A stretch of 64,000 nucleotides of DNA from the human T2T-CHM13v2.0 reference genome, Homo sapiens, in NCBI RefSeq assembly GCF_009914755.1, contig NC_060942.1, one strand, 5' to 3'. Both the position numbers and the translations under genes were made by a program. Below are positions 46,791-60,797 of this stretch, piece after piece. The notes beneath the pieces are model-generated. The model searched no databases and was not told the DNA's origin. It saw only the letters and a program-made list of their open reading frames with translations. The stretch's first letter is position 1; every line of letters begins with the position of its first letter.

Positions 46791-48019
46791 GAAAGTTCTG
46801 GACTGTGGTTAAGGGAGCTGCCACCAATGGTCCCTCTGGTCCACAAAGGAGACTTTGGAGAAGGTATGCTACCTGTAATGCAGGTAAATCCCTGCTCTCT
46901 CCCTCCTTCCCTCTGTCTTTCTCTTCCTCCCTCTCTCCCTTCTTCCTTCCCTTTCCTTCTCTGTTTTTCTCTTCTGTCTTTCTTCCTTCCTTCCTAAAAA
47001 TATAATAAAAGTCTTTACAAGAGGTTTCCTTACATGCTTCACGTGAAGTAACCCATCTCTGATCAGTCCCAGCTAATCAGCGGCGATGCCTTTATTTTCT
47101 CTAACATTCCTGCATTCCTTTTGCATCTCTTTTCACGCATGGCGGAAGCCACTAGAAAGCTGTCACTGTTGTGTATGTGCGTCTGCACACCACCGTGAGT
47201 AGCCTGAAGACCTTATTTTTCCAACAGGGGAGTAATTTACAGCCTACCAATGAAAAAGAGAGGGAGGGAACACCAAGTGTATGCCTCATGAGTGCTGTCT
47301 AGATGTTTCTTAGAAAGAGCATTCTGTGGTTTTCTCTTGTGCTCACTGTCTTCAGCAAAACCAACCCCCAGTTAAGGATGACCTACCACATGGTTTTACT
47401 AAGAGACCTTAGAACTGATTTCTAAAAGGGCATACATTCTTCCACTACAAAAAAAGTGTGTTTAGGCAAGATTTCTGGAACAATTTAGCCAGGTGAGGTC
47501 TGGGGCCAAGATTCAAGGATGCCAGCTTTGTAACTCACTCATTCACTCACTTGCTAACATGTTCCTAACCTTGCCCCAGCTTCAGTTTTTTTCACTTATA
47601 AAATTGAGACGAACTGCTGGACCATCTCCAAACCTCCTTCTGGCTCTAAAATTTTGTGAGTCTAGTTCTGAGCAAGGGTTTACATTGGTTTCACGACAGT
47701 GTGGAATACTTTAACAATTCAAAATTGCCATTACACACTTAAAGCAACTTCATTTTGGAGGTTTGTTGATTTCATGACTGGGCAACAGAAATATTATTCA
47801 CAAACTTTGTGGCAATGACAAATATATTTATCCCAAAGGTAAATCTCTACTATTATAATTCAGCAGATGGTCAGTTTTCAAATTTCATATTTGCCAGACA
47901 AGCTTTCTTTTTATGGCCTGAAGGAAACATAGGCAGGGACTCACAGGGGAGGGAAAACAGTACCCAATCCATGAAAGTATTAAATATTACATATTATTAT
48001 TATTATTCGGTCTTTTTTT

Positions 48020-48327
<308 letters not shown>

Positions 48328-49089
48328 CATTGGTCTTTAGCTATGTAAAGTATGGACTTACAGTTTTAAAATATGACATGGAAAGTTCGGTGTGCCAAGA
48401 AATGGGCAATTTATTTTCCCACTTGTAGAGATTCATGAGACTTTTGTGGGACCCACCAAGAAATATGGACAAGGAAACCTAACAAATAACAGACTCTCAC
48501 CTTTCTCTGTTGAGGGACGTGGGATCATCTAGATGAATTCAGTTATTACATTAAAGAAATAGTCATTAAAATTTGCCACAAGGGATTTTCATCTAAATCT
48601 CAACCCATAGAAAAATATCAAGGAGAAAGTGGCCATTTTTATCTAAAAGAACTTTGCTTTTTTATCATGTCAGTCACTTGGTGAGTTCTCCATAATCTGT
48701 GTGCTTTTGGTAAAAAGCAACATACATCAGAGTTTAATTGACTTAAAATATTGTATCTTAAAAGATATCATGTAATGTGCCCTTACAAATCAAAACTTGA
48801 TTTGATTAGTTTGAAATGTATTATTTTGAAAAATAATGTCAGTCGAAATTGGATTTCAGCAATATGTTTTTGGTAATCACATGAAGGAGAATGTTAGGTA
48901 TCTTCCAACATTTGCAGCATATTTACTGTTAATAACACACCAATATAGAAATTAGCTATCTAATTTACTAGAAACTAGGTATAATTTCCTAGTGTTTTGA
49001 GGGGGTAGAAAGGAAAATGCACAAACAGGTTTCCACCTTTGAAATGTATATATATACATCTAACTACAAAAATTTATCTTTTTTCCTTT

Positions 49090-49810
49090 AAAGTGCTCAT
49101 TATACTCAACATCACTCAAAATAAGTGAAAGGGCAAATTAAACCATAAGCTGGGATCATTATTTCACCTACTATTTTCACAAGTATGAAAAAAGCTGACG
49201 AGTATTCATATTGCTAGCAGAATTGTTAACTGTTAACGTCTATGGAGGGCAATTTGACAAAATCAATCGAAATGATAAATGTACTTACTTTCAGCTGCAA
49301 CAATTCCATTTCTAGGATCTTTTTCCTAGAGATATACAAAATAATGTGATACAGAGCTATTCACTGAATCACTGTTCATCCTGGGAAAAACTGGAAACAG
49401 CCCAAATGTCTATCAGTCAGGAAGTAGTTAATAAGTCATCATACAGTAGTATAATGTAGCCTTAACAAAGAAAGAAGAAGCTCTTAACCTACCGATAGGC
49501 AGTACATTCCAAAATGCATTTAAAAGGTATATGCAGAACAGCATATATGTTTGCCACCCTCTGCATAAAAAGAGGGAAAGTATTTACATATATATGTACC
49601 TATGCATATATCCATCTATACACATATGTGTATACATAAATACAAATATATGTACACACAAGACCCTGACAACATAGATTCTGCGGAAAGGAAACCCTTT
49701 TCCCAGAATAGAAGTCTGGGGACAATAGGAGGAGGAGGAAAGAAATCACTGCATACCTTTTGGGACCTTTTCAATTTTGAACCATGATAACATGTTACTT
49801 ATTCAGAAAT
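49090..49810 (+). mobile_element. L1ME-type 3' region
   Basis: tatggagggcaatttgacaa; aactggaaacagcccaaatgtctatcag. Confidence 0.7.
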
Positions 49811-49898
49811 AAGCTAACAAATTTGACTAATAAATTGTTCACTGATAAGCAGTAAATACATACTCATATGTATTATCATTTAATAAGAACTTGAAGGA

Positions 49899-50194
49899 TT
49901 TTTTTTTTTTGAGACAGTCTGGCTCTGTCGCCCAGGCTGGAGTACGGTGGTGCGATCTCAGCTCATTTTGACCTCCGCCTCTCAAGAGTTCAAGCAATTC
50001 TTGTGCCTCAGCCTCCTGAGTAGCTGGAACTACAGGCATGTGGCCACCACACCTGGCTAATTTTTGTGTTTTTTAGTAGAGATGGGGTTTCACCATGTTG
50101 GCCAGAATGGTCTCGAACTCCTGGCCTCAAGTGATCCACCCACCTCGGCCTTCCGAAGTGCTGAGATTACAAGCATGAGCCACTGCGCCTGGCC
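49899..50194 (-). mobile_element. AluS
   Basis: Full reverse Alu with poly(T). Confidence 0.95.
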
Positions 50195-53100
50195 AAAGAA
50201 CCATACTTTTAAAACACCAAAATAGTTAGGCCAAGATTGCTCTTTTTTAAAGCAAAAGAGATATATAGTTAAAGACATGAAGAATAAAAATTAGGCACTC
50301 TTCCTCTTTCCCAGTCTCTTGGAATTCTTATAAAATAATAAATTAAACCTAACAGTTTGGAGGAAAACCAATTAAAGGGACATAAATCATCATTAACCCC
50401 TTCTCCAGATGAATGACAAAGAGACACGTGTTCTAATTAACACCGAGTAACATTGTGTAAAGAGCAGTTTGCAGTGGAAATGAACAGATGGCAAACAAGC
50501 AAAAGAGGTATTGGAGAGCAAGAAAGAAAACTTGATCTGATGCTGAAAACTTCAAGCAACTGAAAGAAATTATATCTCAATGAAAATAGCTCTAAAAGGA
50601 TGGATGAACTCGCCGATTCAACTTTAGTTTTTAGGTACATCCAGTTTTGCTGCTTTCAATATTCAGCCCCCACAAGGCCAATACTATTCCAATCCCCATC
50701 CCACTTTCTGTATTTGCAAACAAAGCCACACACCAACCAACCAACCACCTCTTTACAACAGAAAGATTTTCTATCCCTAGGCAATGAATGGCTCAGTTAT
50801 TTCAAACCAAGCTAGCATTTCAGTTCAACAAAAGGTTTTGGACATCATCTTGGGGTCTAATGTAACAAGAGCTGACCTGGAGGTTTATGCTTTAACAACC
50901 ATCCCCTTTCTTTCCTTTGAAACAGAGATTTATGACAGGAGGCAGAGAAGGGGGCAAGATCCCAGGGTTGATGAACCCCTGGTATGAACCACCGTGCAGG
51001 TACGTAAGAAGTTCCTCCTTCTGCTTCCCCCTTGCTCAAAGGCAAACTGGAGCTAAAGTCATGGGGAAGCATAGCACCACTTCCTCTTGTTTTCAAGTTC
51101 ATCCTGTTTTTAGGCTCTTTTTGGTGGAAACAAGAGTGCCACAAGCAATCAAGTCTCATTAGCTGAACCCTCAGCAAAGAACCAGTGACTGACTCCATAT
51201 GCGGGAGACTTCAACCCAGCTGACAGATGCTATTTCTCTCTGTCCCTGCTGACCCAGGCTGGGGAGACAGCATATTTCAGACAGGATGCCCTCCCAAGAG
51301 TTGTGATGCAACCCTGGAAAAAATATCTGTTCAAGATCCCAAGCCAGGATCTGGTTTCTGCCAATTCAGAGTGACAGGGATCAGCGGCTAAGACACTGGC
51401 CATTACAGGAGGTATGTTGAATTTACACATATTTAACAATAGCAGACACTTAATATTCTCGTGTCTTTTATTGTTTAACCTACATAGAGCATTTTAAATT
51501 GTACATTCTGTAGTGCATAATGGTTGGATAAAAAACAAAAAACTTCGGGTAAACATCCGAGACAATTCTTGCTCTCCATGTAAAAAAAACAGAAATGTTT
51601 TTTGTTTGTTTGATTTTTGAACTCCAAATAACCACTCAAAGAAAAAAGGGAGATAATTGGCCAATCAGGTTATCTTTAGCTATATCAACAACAACATTTA
51701 AGGCTGAGAATTATAAGTACAAATGATTTGTGTAATCTGAATGTTCAGACTTAGACTGACACTTTAACTCATGTGTTTAGAGAGGAATATAGAGATACAG
51801 ATCATAAATACACACACAGCAGGCTGCCGTATATATTTTATATAAAACAGGCAGTTTCTACTAAATTACTTGAGGCATTAGGATTCAAACTCAATTCCCT
51901 TCTCTATCTGAGACAGCAGACTCCTCTGGTCTGAGGATATTTTTAAATATAAAAGCTAATTATCCTATCTCACTGCCTATAAATTCAATTTCTATTTCTG
52001 AGGCTGCTTCTGTTGTAGATCTCTTGGTAGTCCATTCACATTATAGCTTGTTTACAACCCAGTCTAAAATCACAGCAAAGACAGAGATTGAAAAAAAAAA
52101 AAAAGCTTTTTAACCTTTTAGGAAGATTTGATAATGCAGCAGGATTTTCATAATGATGCAGATAATCAAGTCCATTTTCTATGAAACAAGAGTTTTTAAG
52201 TGGCAAATTTTATAGACAAAATGTAGAAAGTATAAAGTAGACTCATGAGTGGGGCTAACGCCAGGGTCGGAATGCTTTCTCTTGGTTAGGTCTTCCAGCA
52301 AAACCAATCAACCAATACACATGGAAAATGCATCATACAAACTTTTCAGATCAGAGCTGGGGCTTTGCCTTGTGTCAGCCGACGAAGAACTCCCAAGGCC
52401 GTTCTGGATTGAATCTCAGCGTAGAGATATGTAATATGCCACCAACTTTCCTCCCTTCTACCGGCTCCTTTGAAAGAGAGTCCTTCACAAGCAGTTCAAG
52501 GAAAAAGCACATTAACAATGACAATTTACACTTACCAGCTGGGGTGGTGAAGGTTAAAGGCAAACCAAAGTAAACTGACAATGATAAAGAACTTAAAAGC
52601 CTATGCTTTAAAAAAAAATACTCAAATCTGTCCTTCGATTGCTAGGTCGGCCGATTAGCTGTACAACCCTTGGCAGTCTCTTGAACTCTTTGGACCTCAT
52701 TTTTCGTGTCTATGAAATGAGAGAGTTGAACCTAGCGACTTTGAGGTTCCTCCCAGTTCTAACCGGTCATGGTTTATGATCAAAGGCTGTGGCTACACCC
52801 CTGACCACCCACCCCTCACAAAGCCTCACGCCTGACTCCTCCCTCTTAAGGCTCTGTCTATACTGCGTTGTCTGAACTTCACAGGTGATGGTGGCAAATG
52901 AAGGTGGCATGACATCTTTTTGTTGCTTGGTCTTTACAAGCATCTCAGATCAAATTAATATTAAAGAGGGAAATAGACAAATGAAATAAGACTACTAAGA
53001 TGATATTCTTCACAAAGGAATAAAAACACATATTCCTCAAAAAGGAGGGGAAAACCACTTTTGGAAACTCTCTGGACATTTTTTTCCAAGAAGGGACCCA

Positions 53101-53350
53101 GGGAGCCATTTTTACATTGTACTTCCTCAATCCTCATTCTTGAAGCTCTAAATCTTCTTGTTTTCCATCTCCCTTGAGATTAGGAAGGAGGGAGAGATAT
53201 TTTTTCTCTCTATCCTCTGAGTTGGCCAAATCTGGATGACTCCTACATGCCTCTACGGTAATTTCCTATGCTATGCTAATTTCTGGGACTTGCTGGTAAA
53301 CCTTAATTAGGTCCATCTACCATGGGAGTCAAGCTTTTATAAAGATACTC

Positions 53351-53658
53351 TTTTTTTTTTTTTTTTTTTTTTTTGAGATGGAGTCTTGCTCTGTCACCCA
53401 GGCTGGAATGTAGTGGTGCAATCTTGGCTCACTGCAACCTCCTCCTCTTGGGTTCAAGTGATTCTCCTGTGCCTCAGCCTCCCGAGTAGCGGGGATTACA
53501 GGTGCCCGCTACCATGCCCGGGTAATTTTTGTATTTTTAGTAGAGACAGGGTTTCACCATGTTGGCCAGGCTGGTCTCAAACTTCTGACTTCAAGTGATC
53601 TGCCCATCTTGGACTCCCAAAGTGCTGGGATTACAGGCATGAGCCACCATATGCAGCC
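53351..53658 (-). mobile_element. AluS
   Basis: Full reverse Alu; ttttataa(a/t)gatactc flanks. Confidence 0.95.
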
Positions 53659-54174
53659 GATTTTATAATGATACTCTAAATAACACTTTTCCTACACTGG
53701 ATATGCACAAAGATCAATTGGTGAACCCTTCCCACCCTTGTTTTTGAAGCAAACGGAACTGCAGGGCAACAAGCTTTCCTTCCACCTGCCGCGGAGGACC
53801 TAGTAAAACCCTGGGTGTGGAGTCTGCAGGGATTTCTGCCTCCAAACCCACCTTCCCCCAAATGAAGAAGCTTTCAAGCATTTGGTTGAATCCAAGTATT
53901 CGGTGACCTGATGGGTAAATATAAATAAAAGCTTAATTTTTAAAACCAAAAATTCTGAATCCAGCTATGCACACGCTGTAGAGTATAGTGCTGCTATTAC
54001 ATTTGGGTCCTACATTCACGGGCCCAAACACCTATTGACCAACACATCTAAGGACAGAAATAGATTCTGCCTTCACAGTTTTGTGTGTGGCCCCTGCAGA
54101 AGTATTTATTTGACCACTATGGTATACATATTCACTCTTTTGCTCTAATATCCTTTTATATAAAAAAAAATCAA

Positions 54175-54322
54175 GGCCAGGTGCAGTGGCTCATGTCTGT
54201 AATCCCTGTACTTTGGGAGGCTGAGGCAGGAGGATTGCTTGAGGCTGCAGGGAGCCAGTCACGCCACTGCACCACTCCAGCCTGGGTGACAGAGTCAGAC
54301 CCTGTCTCAAAAAAAAAAAAAA
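54175..54322 (+). mobile_element. Monomer-length Alu (deleted or FAM/FRAM-like)
   Basis: Alu 5' start joined to right-arm end and poly(A). Confidence 0.85.
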
Positions 54323-55419
54323 GGGAAATAATTTTCGATCAAGGTTTATGTAACTTGAAGACCAGTGAGTTACTGGAGATCATGTTAAATAAGGTTAGAT
54401 TTCATGAAAACACACTCAGCAACAACAATGCCTTTCACTCCTGCCCCACCTTCACTCAACAACAGCAAGTTAAAGTGGCTCTCCCCTTCCTGTCCTCCCC
54501 GGGACCACTAAACCAAACCTCTCAGTGGCCAAAGGATGGAAGAGAACTTGGAATGGGTGTTTCCATTCTGGTGCTAAATACTACACAGCCGTGACCCTTT
54601 TCTTGAGCACATTTTGAGAGTGCCCCGAGTGTCACGAATAATGAGCTTCATATTGTCGAAAAATAAAAATAAAAAGGACTTGCTTAAGTAGTTTCATATG
54701 TAAACTAACAGAGTAGTTATTGTTTGTAATTTCCAGTTTAGGGTTTATCCAATTATCTCTCTACTGTCTGGAAGGCCAGGCATGGGGGATTCCAGTTACA
54801 GGAAAGGCATCTGCCATGGCCAACCCTTGCAGGCCAAGCAAACCCTGGCGCAGACTGCAGCAGATCCCACTGGGGTGCCCACGTGGTGGAGGGGGTTACC
54901 TAGGAAAGGAAGGTCTCCTGGCAAAATAACCCTAGCGTGAGGCTTAACTTACTAATTTCTTCTAACCACTTTGCAAGAATCTGTTATTTATTGCAGGAAA
55001 AGGAATCAAAATGAGCTGGGAGTGTGTGTATGGTGGGAAGGGAGTGATGGTTGAAACCTGCTTCAGGTGACAGCCAACACCTGTTATTGTAAAGGGTTTA
55101 GGGCACAAAGGACACCATGGGGTGCCCCCACCCTACTCCTCATTAGAGGGAGGCCTCTGATGGATGGTCTAGGTGGCTCTGGGGTAGAAAGACAGACTTC
55201 TGGGTGAGTCTAAGCTTGAGACAGACAGAGGTCAGCCTGGTACCTCTGCAGCTCACTCTTGGGGGCCGAGTCCTTGCTAAGTGACACAGAAACCTCAGCC
55301 TCCCCTTCATTATTTTTATGAATGGCAGATCTCTTTAAAACCTAGGTTGGGTCACTTCACTTCCCTGATCCAAACTGTCTGCTGGCTTCTCGTTACATGC
55401 AAACAAAACCCAAAATGCT

Positions 55420-56050
55420 TGAAAAAGCATTCTGGAAATCCATGGGGGCTGTTCTGGTAGTCACAGGACAATTGGGAGTCATTAGTGGCATTTAAGGGGT
55501 GGGGCCAGACAGGCTGGACAACCTGCAGTACATGGGATGGTCTAGCAGAAGCCACAAATATTCTATGTCCCCCAGGACTTTCCAGTCTCCCCTGGAAGGG
55601 CTGAAAAGCCTACGCCATTTTACCTGTCAACACAAGGGTTTCCTCCATGATTTTCATAAATGCTGGATTTCAATAGGGAATGATGTACTTTGTTTTGTTT
55701 AGAACTTTACTAACACGTATTCACCATTTCAGAAATATCACATCACTAAAGTCAACACCGATTATGTCATTTGAGTGGCCAATATAACACATCTGCAGCC
55801 ATCTGGATTTATAGCTGCCACGTTTGCAGTGATCCTACAAGTGGGTGCAAAACATATGACCACACCATTATGTCTTCCAGTGTAGTCATGAAATACTTCT
55901 TAGTTCATGATACATTTCTCCCCTTTTGTACTTCCTTTCTATTACAGTTAAGGCATTGTATGGATGGTTTGTAATGATGTGGGTAGATAGGTTATATTTT
56001 CTACAAATTTCATCATTGAAGAGTGAAAAGGGTGTTACTAAATATCTATC
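55420..56050. mobile_element. MER20/MER20B-like hAT remnant
   Basis: ggtagtcacaggacaattggg...tggcatttaaggggtggggccag...cctgcagtacatgggatgg. Confidence 0.5.
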
Positions 56051-56425
56051 ATAAGAAGTGAGGTTTTGGGTCTGGCCAGGGCTGCTTTCCTCCATCTCAT
56101 TTCCCGCCACTTTCCCTCCCTCCCACTGCAATACCTCTTTCTCCCCTGTTGGCATGCCCAGCCTTTGTCCTGGACCCTCCACCTGCCCCCTGTCTGGGAG
56201 ACTCTTCTCTCAGAGATCCACAGGGCTCCTTCGTCACTTCCCTTCCTCTGTCCCTGACTCTCCTTTTTCTTCCTATAGAATTTATCAGAGCTCAACATTA
56301 CATCTTCTATTTAATAATTTCTCGACTGTCTCTAGTACTAGAATTAAGCTCTATGAGAGTGAGGATTTTGTCTATCTTGTTCCCCAGCACCAAGAACAGT
56401 GCCTGAGACATAAAAGGCACTTCTT

Positions 56426-56668
56426 GGCCGGGTGTGGCGGCTCATGTCTGTAATCCCAATGCTTTGGGAGACCAAGGAAGGAAAATCACTCAAGGTTAGG
56501 CATTTGAGACCAGCCTGGCGAGACCCTGTCTCTATATAAAAAAAAATTGTTAATGAGCCAGTGCAGGGTCTCATGACTGTAATCCCAGTGCCTTGGGAGG
56601 CTGAGGCAGGAGGATCACTTGCCTGGGTGACAGAGGGAGATCATGTCCTTTTTTTTTTTTTTTTTTTA
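56426..56668 (+). mobile_element. Deleted AluJ-like element ending in poly(T), inside an L2 3' end (~56150-56690)
   Basis: Alu start ggccgggtgtgg; ends gcctgggtgacagagggagatcatgtcc then a T run. Confidence 0.8.
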
Positions 56669-57214
56669 AGGTATTTATTAACCTTAGTAGATGACTAAAG
56701 GAAGAAACACACATACAAAAGTCTGGTCCTACCAATGGGCTTAGCTTCCCCAGGAACCAGGAAATTTTACTCTCCCACCCCTATAACCACTGTTGCAAAA
56801 TGGCTTTCTCTTCCACTGACCAGGTTTCTCATGCCCACCCTTTGCTAGGTAAAGAGTAGTAAAAGAGAAAATGGCCAATGAAAAGGAGGGGGAAACACTT
56901 TTTAAAAATAACTATATTTTCAGGACAGGCTCTGTGTGAGATACACTCTAACGTGGGGACACGCCACAGTCCTCAGTGGCCCCTGCCCATCCTCCCAACT
57001 CACTGTACAGAAACACTCTATGGAGGCCAATATTTGATTCTAGAAGCCAGTGTCCCTCAACCCAACTTCTGCAACTCCATACCCAACAAATGATGCTCAA
57101 AAACAAAAGCAGCTATTTTAAGATCACTAAACACTGGCTGGTGATGGCAAAACTGTGTCTTTCCTTATTCTTTTCTTCATTTTTGCTTTTCATCAGGCCA
57201 CTGCCCCTCCTACT

Positions 57215-59210
57215 TCCTTAAAATGAATTTTACTCAGAAATTATCAGGAAGAAATACTATTCAAATCAAAATCTCAGTAGCTATTTTTGTAGATCTTGAT
57301 AAACTTACTCTAAAAGTCACCTGGAAGCCCAAAAGGCCAAATACAGTCCAGATACACTTGAGGAAAAGAAAATGAGGTGAAGGTCATATTCTACAGGATA
57401 TTGACAAAGACTCTCCTAGATCAAACTCAGGTCGGGCTCCCCGGAGCCTTCTCTTCCACTAGACCCTGACCTTGGGCTTCCTTTTCTGTCTTATAGAATC
57501 CAGTTTAAGCAAGAATCCTACTAGTTTTAGTGAAAATTCTCCACCCTTGGTATCTGTCCTCACCCCTAACTCTTGATATCTTATCACCCTGGCCTGCCTT
57601 CAGCAAGAATTCTGTTGAGTTGGTCTAGCAAGAATACCCCTGTCTCTGATGTTTCCTCTTCCATCCACTGACCCCACCCTGCTGCTTGACTATAAATCCC
57701 CTCTTGTCCTTGTAGAAGTTGGACTCCAGCCCAATCTCTCTCCTCACCACAGCAAGACCTCGTTGCAGCAGTCCCTCTACCTATCACAATGTTCCCCTCC
57801 TTGAATAAAGTCTTCTCTGCCATTTTTAACAAATGTTACAAATATTTTTCCTTAACAATACCAAGACTTATAGAGCTATAAGTAAGACAGTGTGGCATTG
57901 GCACAAGTGTAGGAAACAGACCAGTGGAAAAGAATAGACAGACTCATAAACAGACCCACACATATACAGACACCTAAGTTTTGAAAAACCTAACACTACA
58001 GCGCATTAGAAAAAAAGATGTCTTCCCCCAGTAAATGTGGCTGAGTTGATTGGATATCCATGTGGGAAAAAAAGGAAACACGCCCCTCCCAAATTCACAG
58101 CATTCATATAACTCAATTCCAGGTGCATTATGTAGATATAAATATAAAAGACAAATGATACAACTTTTAGAAGTTAACATAAGAGAAAATCTTCATGACT
58201 TTGGGATAGGCAACATTGTCAAACAAGACACAACAAGTGCCAACCATGAAGGAAAAGAGTGATAAATGAGGTTACATCAAAATTAAGAAATTCTTTTCAT
58301 CAAAAGATTCTGTTTTGAGACTAAAAAGACAAGTCACAAAATGGAAGAATATATTTGCAACACACAAAATTAATGAAGGATGCATAGCCAGAAGCTGCAA
58401 AGAACTCCTACAAATTCATAAGAAATAGAAAACAGTTGAAAAATGGACAAGAGACTTGCATAGGCACGTTCTAAAAGAAAATAAGCATATGAAAAGATTA
58501 TTAGTAATAAGTAATCAGGGAAATGCAAATTAAACCCACAATGTGATACTCCTGTGAACATGCCAGAATGGCTAAAATTAAAGAGACTGACAGTTCTAAG
58601 TTTGGAGAGTATACAAAACAACAGGAACTCTCATACATGGCATTACATCTACAACAATTTCACTATTTGGTGTGTTCCCAATAGAAATATATGCACAAGG
58701 CACCAAAGAACAGGTACAATAATGTTCACAGCAGCATTATATATCATAACAAAAACAACAGGATGAATAAATACAGTGGGTGAACTTTCACAATAAAATA
58801 CAACAAGGAAAATGAACAAACTTTAGCTTCATGAAATCTCACAAACGTAACTATGAGCAAATGAAGCCCAAAACACAAACTACATACACTACAATTTCAT
58901 CTACATGAAGTTAAATAACAAGCACAACTAATTTATATCATTTAGGGTGACACACTTAGGTGGTAAATGTGTAAGGAAAGTAAGGAATTGGCTACCATAA
59001 AACTTAACATAATTTCTACCTTTGGTGGAAGATACAGGGCTATGATTGTCAGGGGACATGGCCTTATGGGGGCTGGCAATGCCCTGTTTCTTTTACCTGC
59101 ATGATGGCTACAAAGTGTTTACTTTAAAATAGCCCAATGGGATATACATTTATATTTTATTTACATTTTGGTATATTTATTATACTTCTAAATAAAAGAT
59201 TTTTTAAATG
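57215..59210 (+). mobile_element. Ancient L1M ORF2 end/3' UTR interrupted by an LTR
   Basis: agacagtgtggcattggcacaag; catcaaaattaagaaattcttttcatcaaaaga. Confidence 0.8.
57402..57857 (+). mobile_element. ERV1 solo LTR (MER39/MER34-like)
   Basis: TG...CA termini, tataaa at 57691 and aataaa at ~57804; TSD atat/atac. Confidence 0.75.
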
Positions 59211-59264
59211 AAGGAAAATCATAAATCAAAAAGATAGAAGAGTATCCATGCCAAACTGCATGAG

Positions 59265-59490
59265 ATCATAGGCTTTGGAGTGAGACATACCTGTGATCCA
59301 ATCCTACCCCTGCCACTGACTAATTGTATGACCTTGAATGAGTTATTTAAACTTTCAAAGCCTCAGTTTCCGTATCTATTAAATGAAGGTGATAATATCT
59401 ATTTCTCAGGGTTGTAAAATGAATTAAGATCCTATATATAAAGCACCTAGTAGAACATCTGGCATACTGTAAGCCTCAAGAAATGGTAGC
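59265..59490. mobile_element. MIR
   Basis: ggctttggagtgagac...gcctcagtttccgtatct...ctggcatactgtaag. Confidence 0.75.
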
Positions 59491-59492
59491 AT

Positions 59493-60741
<1,249 letters not shown>

Positions 60742-60796
<55 letters not shown>

Positions 60797-60797
60797 A
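60742..60797 (+). repeat. D18S51 forensic (CODIS) STR, [AGAA]14
   Basis: 14 AGAA units then AAAG AGAG AG; flanks carry GAGCCATGTTCATGCCACTG and the reverse complement of CAAACCCGACTACCAGCAAC, the D18S51 primers as I recall them. Confidence 0.93.

Noticed and set aside
49617-49634. 18-bp palindrome TATACACATATGTGTATA
   Set aside because: Expected within low-complexity TA/CA sequence
50455-50620. Purine-rich, coding-looking stretch as a possible pseudogene fragment
   Set aside because: Stops in the plus-strand frames, no parent gene recognised, no TSD or tail
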